A stretch of DNA of 64,000 nt from a virus (taxonomy: Duplodnaviria; Caudoviricetes): positions 1 through 64,000 of the IMG/VR virus record IMGVR_UViG_3300030376_004602; one strand, written 5' to 3'. A program made the position numbers and the translations under genes. A model generated the notes under the pieces. The model was not told the DNA's origin and did no database searches. It saw only the letters and a list, made by a program, of their open reading frames with translations. How positions within the stretch are numbered: position 1 is the stretch's first letter; each line of letters starts with the position of its first letter. Shown here piece by piece: positions 9,008 to 17,100 of this stretch.

Positions 9008-12000
9008 TGACTAATCAGAAGCCACATATTACATCGTATGAAAAGGGAATGAACAAAGACGTTAATGTCGAGTCATTACCTCAGAATGCATATGTAGACG
9101 CCCAGAACTTCAGACTGTTTACAACTGGAGACGGTGCATCTGTTGGAGGTATCCAGAACATCAAGGGTACTAGACTAGAGCATACTTTTACCAATCTTAA
9201 TGAGATGGTTATAGGGTCTACCCAGCTTAGAGACGCACTGATTGTCTTTACAGCAGTTTCTAAAGAAGACCCGTCTACTGGTAGAATTTATAAGCTACAG
9301 TTTGACTTCGAAACTGAAAACGTTTCTGTAGAGTTATTATACGAATCAGACGAATTACAGTTTACAGCTGCAGCTCCTATAGAGGCTATAGCAGTACACG
9401 AAACAAACTTTATTCAAAGGGTATACTTTTCAGACTTTGAAAGACCTACTCGGTCTATGAACATTGCTGACCCAGAGCTACAAAATTTACCTGTTAGCTC
9501 ATTCTCTTTGTTTCCTGCTCCTCCTATCAAAAAGCCACAGATTGATTTTATAGCAGAAAGTGGCAATCTACCTGTGGGCTTGTACAATTATACTTACTAC
9601 CTAGTAACTCCTGGAGGACAAAAAACATTACTAGCACCTGTTAGTAATCAGATTCATATAATAGTAGACTCAGAAGAGGAAGGTTCTACAGGTACTTATA
9701 GAGGCACTTTTACGGCTCCTGGAGAGACTGTATTTTCTAATAAGAGTGTAAGTATTAATGTAGACACTAGTAACCTAGAGGCTAATCAGTTTGAGAAGAT
9801 TGTTTTTGTAGGTATTTTCCTTGAGGAGATAGGGGGGACCCCTTCTATATTTGAGTTTGAAGAAATACTAATAACGGGTACTACCCAAAATGCAGTGCAC
9901 TCTGGTCAGGAAGATCAACTGACTATAACATTAGCAGACTTTTTATCTGAGAGATATGCATTCTTTACTAATAAGACTTTCTCTATTAAGGATGATACTC
10001 TGTTTGTAGGAAATGTAAAAACAGGAGGGTTTGTCTTAGAGGAAGAAGACATAGCAAAGGTACAGACAAAGAGGTATGATAGTGAACAAACAACCTACGA
10101 TGACCCTTATGCAAACCCTTTCAACGATGAGTCAGGTTTAAAGTTTGGAACTAATCCTGATGGTAGCTATGATTTTTGGCTTAACAACTATCAGTTCATG
10201 TTTCAGCCCGATGGAACTACTATTGGTGGAGCTGCTCCTTATCTAAGCTATAAGTTTACCCTAGAAGACATTCGAGGTTATCAGAATGAGTCTGGTGCTA
10301 ACCTTAGTAATATAAATGGTACAGAAACTCTTGATCTCAATGATCAGTATGCAGATGTCAACAGGTCTTTTCAAAACTTTGCATCTCCATATAATAGAAC
10401 CCTAAGAGGCTACAAAAGAGGAGAAGTATACAGATTTGGTATTGTCTTTTACGATAAGATTACAGGTCTACCATCTCCTGCATACTATGTTGGAGATATT
10501 AAGTTTCCAGAAATGTCTCAGCCATTTGGAACTGAGCTACCAGGTGGGCAGTCTATAACTAACCCATTCACAGGCTTACCTAGTGGGGATACTTTTGACC
10601 ACTATGCTATATCAAAAAGAGTAAGAATCGATGGGAGCCCCTCAGCAGCAACTCAGCTTTACAATCTCGGTATAGAGTTTTCATTTAACTTTCCTAACTC
10701 AATCCTAAATAATATTAAAGGATTCCAGGTAGTAAGAGTTCCTCGTACACCTAACGATAGAACCAGACTCTGTCAGGGTGCAATATCTAAGTATTATAAT
10801 ATTGATTGTAAAGAATTAACTGCAAAGGGCCCTACTTGGGATGGCGGTAATCACTGGGATGCAAGAAACACAGACAATGTAACACTTTGTCCAGTAACTG
10901 AGATGCCTTCTTTGTACGCACATCTTAATAGGTATAAGGTACATGATAACCAAGAAAACGATGTCCAAAATGCAAATATAGGAGAAAGCGTACACCTTGG
11001 CCTTAACTTTTTAAATACCGGAGCTATTCGACCTAGTCAGGCAGGTTTTCATAACGGAGTTAACGAGACAGCCTTTGTCGACTATCAAACAATGTTTTCT
11101 ACCCCAGGTCTAGTAAACTTTTTTACTCCAGAAGTAAGCTACGATTATGGTTTACCTGGTATGAGAAAAGGTATTGACTTTCTTAAAACTGTAGGAGTAT
11201 ACGGTAATACTCAGAAAATATCACAAGGACATACTGAAATAGGAGGGCCTACCGAAAAAAGATCACTAGGACATACATTTAGACCAAACTTTGCTAATAG
11301 TGATTCTCCTTTCTCAGGGTATAATAAATTCAGACCTAGAATATCCAACAATTCAACAGATGGAGCAGGCTTCTTTAAGTTTCCACATAATGCTGCGGAT
11401 GAAGACCAAAGAGAGTTCCTTACCAAAGTAATGAGCACTGATAGACTTGGTCAGCTAGGTAACCAAACTGCGTCTCAGGATATATCTAACCCAACTACAG
11501 CAGCGTTTAACTTAGAAGAAGCTTACGAAAAAATAGAAGGATATAGAATCCTTACTAACAATAGGCCTTTTAAAGCTGAACGAGCTGCTTCTGTTTCTGG
11601 TATGGATGTTATTAAAAAATGTTTCCATGCAGGTAATCCATTTGGTTACTTCCTAAAAGAAACAAGGCTAGCAAAAGAAGGTAAGTCTGCAGTTATTTCT
11701 CTTATGAGTAACTTTAAAGAGCCCGAACAATATTTTGGAAGTGGTTTATTTGTAGGAAGAACTTTACAATTTGACTCTGCTAATACAAACATAACACCCT
11801 TTTCCCAGTTTGGGTATGCGCCTACCTATCGAACTAGAGGAGATATCTTTATAGTAGAACATGTTCGTCGAGTAGGAGAACAGTATGGAGGTATTGGCGC
11901 TGATGCTGTATTTACCAATACATTCATCACCTGTTCAGATCCTGTAGAGATTGATGTAAACAACCCTGTACAGCCTTCTAATATTAGAGTATTCCAAGGA

Positions 12001-13539
12001 GATACATTTGTAGGCTTACACCAGTTTGCTAAAAACTTCTGGAATAATTACTACACTGATAATACTGATTGGAATGGTAATACTCCAGAAGACGGTTCCC
12101 TACCCCAGGCTTATAACGGTTCTAACAGCTCTAGTTATGAGTTTGTAACTATACCTGTAGAAACTGTTGTAAACATAGAGCTTGGGTCTGGAACTAGAAG
12201 AACAGAAGGAGCATTCTTTGACGGCACATCATATAGAGTACAAGAGTATCCTGACTATTTAGGAGTAGGTAACGACACTGCGGGAGATAGAAGTAAATTC
12301 TTTCACCAATACGATGGGGTATATTCTGAAGAAACTGTATCAAAAAACTACTTCTCACTGCCTCCTGGTCAAACAGAAGCAGAAACACGCTTTGATGTTA
12401 GAACTCATTTCTCTGGTACAAAAGTTCTTGGAGAAGAAAGAGACTCATTCTCAGACTTTTTAATAGGCGACTATAAAGACCTAGATCCTCAATACGGCCC
12501 TATCAATCGTATTATAAACTTCAAGGATACACTGTTTGCGTTCCAAGACAATGCAGTAGGTGCATACTTAATTAATACGCGTGAGCTCCTATCAGGACAA
12601 CAAGGAGCAGCCTTATCAATCGGTACGGGTCAAGGTATCTCAGACTACCAATACCTATCTACGGAATACGGATGTATTCACCAGTATGCTGTAGCTAAAA
12701 CAGATTCAGGTGTATACTTCTTAGATGCTCGCCGTCAAAAGTTCTTTTTATTAGGAAAAGGATTAACAGATCTATCTGAAGTTTTAGGTATGAATGATTT
12801 CTTAAGATCTAGAATACCAGACTCATTCTTAGTGACTAGAGAAGAAGGCGGAGATAATCCTCTACTTTATACAGGTCCTCATATGACCTACGATCCTCTC
12901 AACAAAGAAGTTTGGCTAACATCTGCAGAAATAGTTAGACCAGAGGTACCAGGTACAGGCCCAGGCGACCCTCCTTTGTCAAAACAAGTAGTAGGTGGAT
13001 TTACACTGTGTTTCTCTGAACCACTAAAAGCATTCTCATCTTTCTACTCACAGTTACCTAATATATACCTACAGAGCACAAGAAGAATACTTAGTCCTAA
13101 TCCAGGAGAATTTAGTGAGCTCCATCTTCATGATGTAGGAGACTATGGAGTTTTCTACGACACTGATCCAGAAGAAAGCTCTATTACTATTAGAGTTAAT
13201 TCACTAGGAGTTGCTAATAAAATTCTTAGGTTCTTAGAATACAACTCTGTAGTAAAAGACTTTAGTCTTGGGTCAGAGCCTGTAATACAAGATCAAGGTC
13301 TAAGCTCTATAAAGATAGAGAACGATTACCAGGACTCTGGTAAACAATCTTTAGATGAAAGACAAAAAAGAAGATTCCGTAAGTGGAGAATAAAACCTCC
13401 TAGAGATAATAAGTCTCAGAGTGCTCTAGGACGCTTTAGGGGAACATACTTTGATATTACGTTATATTTTGATAATTCCGTAAATTTGTCGATAATGCTG
13501 GAGAGAATTATGTCTTACTATGATGTTCATATTTATTAA
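9007..13539 (+). CDS. muzzle / tail stabilization protein (P22 gp10-like)
   Basis: N-terminal GMNKDV...YVDAQNFR, YKRGEVYRFGIVF, YGPINRI, YLSTEYG..HQY, RRFRKWR; size and position. Confidence 0.8.
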   Translation: MTNQKPHITSYEKGMNKDVNVESLPQNAYVDAQNFRLFTTGDGASVGGIQNIKGTRLEHTFTNLNEMVIGSTQLRDALIVFTAVSKEDPSTGRIYKLQFDFETENVSVELLYESDELQFTAAAPIEAIAVHETNFIQRVYFSDFERPTRSMNIADPELQNLPVSSFSLFPAPPIKKPQIDFIAESGNLPVGLYNYTYYLVTPGGQKTLLAPVSNQIHIIVDSEEEGSTGTYRGTFTAPGETVFSNKSVSINVDTSNLEANQFEKIVFVGIFLEEIGGTPSIFEFEEILITGTTQNAVHSGQEDQLTITLADFLSERYAFFTNKTFSIKDDTLFVGNVKTGGFVLEEEDIAKVQTKRYDSEQTTYDDPYANPFNDESGLKFGTNPDGSYDFWLNNYQFMFQPDGTTIGGAAPYLSYKFTLEDIRGYQNESGANLSNINGTETLDLNDQYADVNRSFQNFASPYNRTLRGYKRGEVYRFGIVFYDKITGLPSPAYYVGDIKFPEMSQPFGTELPGGQSITNPFTGLPSGDTFDHYAISKRVRIDGSPSAATQLYNLGIEFSFNFPNSILNNIKGFQVVRVPRTPNDRTRLCQGAISKYYNIDCKELTAKGPTWDGGNHWDARNTDNVTLCPVTEMPSLYAHLNRYKVHDNQENDVQNANIGESVHLGLNFLNTGAIRPSQAGFHNGVNETAFVDYQTMFSTPGLVNFFTPEVSYDYGLPGMRKGIDFLKTVGVYGNTQKISQGHTEIGGPTEKRSLGHTFRPNFANSDSPFSGYNKFRPRISNNSTDGAGFFKFPHNAADEDQREFLTKVMSTDRLGQLGNQTASQDISNPTTAAFNLEEAYEKIEGYRILTNNRPFKAERAASVSGMDVIKKCFHAGNPFGYFLKETRLAKEGKSAVISLMSNFKEPEQYFGSGLFVGRTLQFDSANTNITPFSQFGYAPTYRTRGDIFIVEHVRRVGEQYGGIGADAVFTNTFITCSDPVEIDVNNPVQPSNIRVFQGDTFVGLHQFAKNFWNNYYTDNTDWNGNTPEDGSLPQAYNGSNSSSYEFVTIPVETVVNIELGSGTRRTEGAFFDGTSYRVQEYPDYLGVGNDTAGDRSKFFHQYDGVYSEETVSKNYFSLPPGQTEAETRFDVRTHFSGTKVLGEERDSFSDFLIGDYKDLDPQYGPINRIINFKDTLFAFQDNAVGAYLINTRELLSGQQGAALSIGTGQGISDYQYLSTEYGCIHQYAVAKTDSGVYFLDARRQKFFLLGKGLTDLSEVLGMNDFLRSRIPDSFLVTREEGGDNPLLYTGPHMTYDPLNKEVWLTSAEIVRPEVPGTGPGDPPLSKQVVGGFTLCFSEPLKAFSSFYSQLPNIYLQSTRRILSPNPGEFSELHLHDVGDYGVFYDTDPEESSITIRVNSLGVANKILRFLEYNSVVKDFSLGSEPVIQDQGLSSIKIENDYQDSGKQSLDERQKRRFRKWRIKPPRDNKSQSALGRFRGTYFDITLYFDNSVNLSIMLERIMSYYDVHIY
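13481..13489 (+). promoter_or_regulatory. Bacteroidota -7 element TAAATTTGT upstream of the cargo-gene block
   Basis: Matches TAnnTTTG(Y), about 50 nt before ATG 13539, inside the muzzle gene 3' end. Confidence 0.4.
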
Positions 13540-16500
13540 TGGGTTGCGGTTGTTCAAAAGGTAGTAAACAGTATGGAGGAATAAAGAGACCTCCATTAAG
13601 CTATAAAGCTGGGGGTAAAAGCCCTAAAGCTTCAATGTCTTGTGGCCAAGTCAAAAGATCAAGCAGACCTGGTAAAAAGATAATGAAGCTTTACTGTATG
13701 GACGGTAAGAAAAAACTAGTACATGCAGGAGCTAAAGGATACGGACACAATTACTCATCAGCCGCTCGTAAGTCTTTTAAAGCCCGTCATAAGTGTTCAA
13801 CCGCAAAACCAGGTACAGCTAAACATTTAGCATGTACAGAACTATGGGCAGGTAAAGGCGGATCTAAGAAATCATCTCCTAAGGGCAGAAAAGGTAAGTA
13901 CGCAGTTGGTGGACCATACCTAAATATAGATCCTTACAACCCGCTTAATGAAAGCGACTTTGATAGTATATACAAAGGCAAGGGTATAGGAGAAATGGAT
14001 TTGTCCGATCAGGCACAGAGACAAATCAAAAGAAGACAAAGGGGTAGAAATATCGGAGCTACAGCTTACGGAGTCTTAGAAGGCTTAGTTGATACAGTTA
14101 CTTTTGGAGCAACCGATAAGCTTACCGATATGGGCTATGAAGCATTAGCTGGAACGGGTAGAGGACAGTCTGCAGCAAGAAGAGCTCAGTCTGATAGATA
14201 TAGAGTAGGGGTAGGACAAGTAATAGGAGCAACTACAGGTGCTATACTAACAGGAGGAGCAGCAACAGGATCTGCTATTGCTACCACAGACTTTGGCACA
14301 TTAGCTAATGAAGAATCTCAAGCTCTACAGACAGGTCTAAATGTTGCAGGAACGGTAGCAGGAGTTGCTGTAGGTAATACTAGTGGCCTTGAAGGAACTG
14401 GAGGAGCTTTTGGGGATACTGCAGTAGGAGATGTTTCAGCTAACCTTGGTAAGTCCTCAAGCTTTGGGGGAACAGGTACAGGCCCTGAAAATCTTCTAAA
14501 CGAATTTGCTCCAAATCTAAAAGAGGGTATTGACGGCTTCAGGGAGTTTCAAGAACTTAATCCAGAAGGAACTTTAAGAGAGTTCTTACAACAGAACCCT
14601 GAGATGTTCCAAAAAGTAGTAGAGGCTCTTGGAATAGGATCAGGAACTCAAGTTAATAAATATGGAGGTCCTGTTTCATACAAAGCAGGAGGTCGTATTC
14701 CTTACCAAAATGGAGGACCGCACAATGATGGCATTCTTCATATGGGTAATGCTGCTGATTACTTTAATAGTGCATCTGTATACCATGAAAATCCTAGATA
14801 TAACGATTTAATAAGACGAAGAGTATACGCAGGTACTCACGGTTATAATCCTCAAACAGGTGCACTAGTAAAACTAGATACCCCAGTAAAGGTAGATCCA
14901 GCTACTCAAGCAATGGCTACCAAAGAGTATACTAAAGCTACTGCTGGTACAAGAGGAGGAATCACAGATGCAAGAACAGACGCATATGTAAAATCTTTGC
15001 CAAAAGATCAAAGAGAAGCTGTAGAAGACAGATTCCAAGAACAACGTAGACAAGGAGTAGAAAGGGAGCTAGGTAAAATGTACCAGAATCCTATTACTTA
15101 CGCACCAGCAGCTATATATAGTGCAGGTCTAGCAGGTCCTGCTATTGGAGCTTTGGGTACAACAGCTAGATCATTAGCAACTGCCCCTCTTACTATCGGT
15201 AGCCGTACTGTTCCTTTTATTAACCCTACAACTCTTGTAGGAGCAGGCTTTGGAGTAAAAGGTGCTTACAACCTTGGGACAGATATAGATACAGGATACT
15301 ACAGTAATCCTAATATTCCTACTAGCCAAAAGGTAGAAAGAGGTGCTATTACAGCTCTAGATGTACTATCAGCTCCTGGAATGGGTAATGCCTTACTCCA
15401 AACAGGAAAAGGTGCTTATAATGTTGGTAAAACTGGTTTAAAAAATACTTATAAAATTAACCCTTTTGCTGAAAAACTAGGGCGATACAACAGAGTAATA
15501 GATGAGGGAGCAGTTTTAGATGCACAAACATCAGGAGTAATTAGATCAAAAGCTCCTGCAGATAAAATTAGTGGTCCAGGAGTAGTTAATCTTGATAGAA
15601 GAGGTACTACTCGTTATGCTTCATTTGGAGATGCACCTCCTATACAAGAGTACGCTGATAAAGTAATTAATCGGGGTGGCACTCCTTTTGTTGTTTCAAC
15701 TAATAGACCAATGCAAGTCTCTACTTTAGGCAGGCATGGAGCAGGAGTTACAATGTTTCCAGTTGACAAGTCTGGTAAATTTATAGAAGAATTTCCAGCA
15801 AGTGAAGCACAAATATTTGAATATCAACCACATTGGTTAAGAGGCTACAAAAAAGTTTCTGGACCTAAAGGAGAAGTAAAACCTTTCCAATCAGAAATTA
15901 ACTGGGCTGACTGGAATCCAGATACTCCCAAGTATCCTGAACTTATAAAAGAGTATAACGCTATAGAAAAGTCTACGAAAGAAGCAGGTACTTGGATGAA
16001 GAATGCAGACGGTACACCATTCCAAGGGCAGCCTGAGGAGTTTATACAGCAACAAAGTTCTCATTTTAAAAAGGCTTTTCCTAAGGGATTTGGGACCACA
16101 TATAGAGGCACAGGCTCAAACCGTCCTCTTCTTAAACAAGACCTTTATACTGCCGAACAAGAAAACTTTGCAGCAATGTATGCTCCAGGCGACCTAGGCG
16201 TTATAACAGGTCCTGGTCAAAAAGTTGGAGGTACACATAAACTTTACTATCCAAAATCAGAAAAATCTGCAGCTATAAATGTACAGGATCAAGATTGGTT
16301 AAACTTAACCTTAAACGATTTAAAATCAGCTGACGATTGGAAAGACCAAGTAAGAAGTAATATTAGGTTTCAAGAAAAACAATTAGCAAATCGTAAAGAG
16401 CAGCTTAAGAAAATAAATAAAAAAATTGAGGAGACAGGAGACCCTAATATCGGTGCTGGACCTTCTGGTGCGACTAAACGTAATATACTCGATCTTATAT

Positions 16501-17099
16501 CTTCTATAAATACAAGAATTGAACGTTTAAATGGTCAATTAACTAAACCTGCTTTTGAATCTACTAAAACCTTAGAACAATTAAAAAAAGCTTTTCCAGG
16601 AAAAACATCAACTGATGATATCATGGATTATATGTTAAAACATGATATTGATAATGTGAAATTAGACAATATTATAGACGAAGGATATGGTACAGAAGTT
16701 TTATTAAATAATAGACCTGGAAATAGAGTAAAGTCTACATTGGGTAATGTAGGATTTTTTGATATGACTAATCCTAATATCTATAAAGCTACAATCCCAG
16801 CAGTAGGGGGAGTTGCAGGATACGGCCTTCTACAAGACAGCCAGCCAGAAGGCTTTGCGTACGGAGGAGGACTACGTCGTTGGTTCAAAGAAAAATGGGT
16901 AGACGTTAAGACAGGTAAGCCATGTGGTAGATCAGGTAAAGAGAAATCAAAAAGAGCTTACCCATACTGCAGACCGTCAAGAAAAGTATCATCAAAAACT
17001 CCAGCTACTAGCAAGCACTCAGAGGCTAAGTCTAGAGCTAAACAAAAAACAGGGCCTGGTAGAGTAAAGCCTATCAGCCAACGTAAAAAGAAAAAGTAA
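13539..17099 (+). CDS. multidomain virion cargo (polyvalent) protein: basic Cys/His module, Gly-rich hydrophobic segments, two ART-like domains, basic C-terminal module
   Basis: YRG...LYTA...AAMYA...KSTLGNVGFFDMTNPNIY (ART-PolyVal-like); YNRVIDEGAVLDA..SG.IR...YAS; recurrent YxxGG; position between muzzle and vRNAP. Confidence 0.7.
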   Translation: MGCGCSKGSKQYGGIKRPPLSYKAGGKSPKASMSCGQVKRSSRPGKKIMKLYCMDGKKKLVHAGAKGYGHNYSSAARKSFKARHKCSTAKPGTAKHLACTELWAGKGGSKKSSPKGRKGKYAVGGPYLNIDPYNPLNESDFDSIYKGKGIGEMDLSDQAQRQIKRRQRGRNIGATAYGVLEGLVDTVTFGATDKLTDMGYEALAGTGRGQSAARRAQSDRYRVGVGQVIGATTGAILTGGAATGSAIATTDFGTLANEESQALQTGLNVAGTVAGVAVGNTSGLEGTGGAFGDTAVGDVSANLGKSSSFGGTGTGPENLLNEFAPNLKEGIDGFREFQELNPEGTLREFLQQNPEMFQKVVEALGIGSGTQVNKYGGPVSYKAGGRIPYQNGGPHNDGILHMGNAADYFNSASVYHENPRYNDLIRRRVYAGTHGYNPQTGALVKLDTPVKVDPATQAMATKEYTKATAGTRGGITDARTDAYVKSLPKDQREAVEDRFQEQRRQGVERELGKMYQNPITYAPAAIYSAGLAGPAIGALGTTARSLATAPLTIGSRTVPFINPTTLVGAGFGVKGAYNLGTDIDTGYYSNPNIPTSQKVERGAITALDVLSAPGMGNALLQTGKGAYNVGKTGLKNTYKINPFAEKLGRYNRVIDEGAVLDAQTSGVIRSKAPADKISGPGVVNLDRRGTTRYASFGDAPPIQEYADKVINRGGTPFVVSTNRPMQVSTLGRHGAGVTMFPVDKSGKFIEEFPASEAQIFEYQPHWLRGYKKVSGPKGEVKPFQSEINWADWNPDTPKYPELIKEYNAIEKSTKEAGTWMKNADGTPFQGQPEEFIQQQSSHFKKAFPKGFGTTYRGTGSNRPLLKQDLYTAEQENFAAMYAPGDLGVITGPGQKVGGTHKLYYPKSEKSAAINVQDQDWLNLTLNDLKSADDWKDQVRSNIRFQEKQLANRKEQLKKINKKIEETGDPNIGAGPSGATKRNILDLISSINTRIERLNGQLTKPAFESTKTLEQLKKAFPGKTSTDDIMDYMLKHDIDNVKLDNIIDEGYGTEVLLNNRPGNRVKSTLGNVGFFDMTNPNIYKATIPAVGGVAGYGLLQDSQPEGFAYGGGLRRWFKEKWVDVKTGKPCGRSGKEKSKRAYPYCRPSRKVSSKTPATSKHSEAKSRAKQKTGPGRVKPISQRKKKK

Positions 17100-17100
17100 T

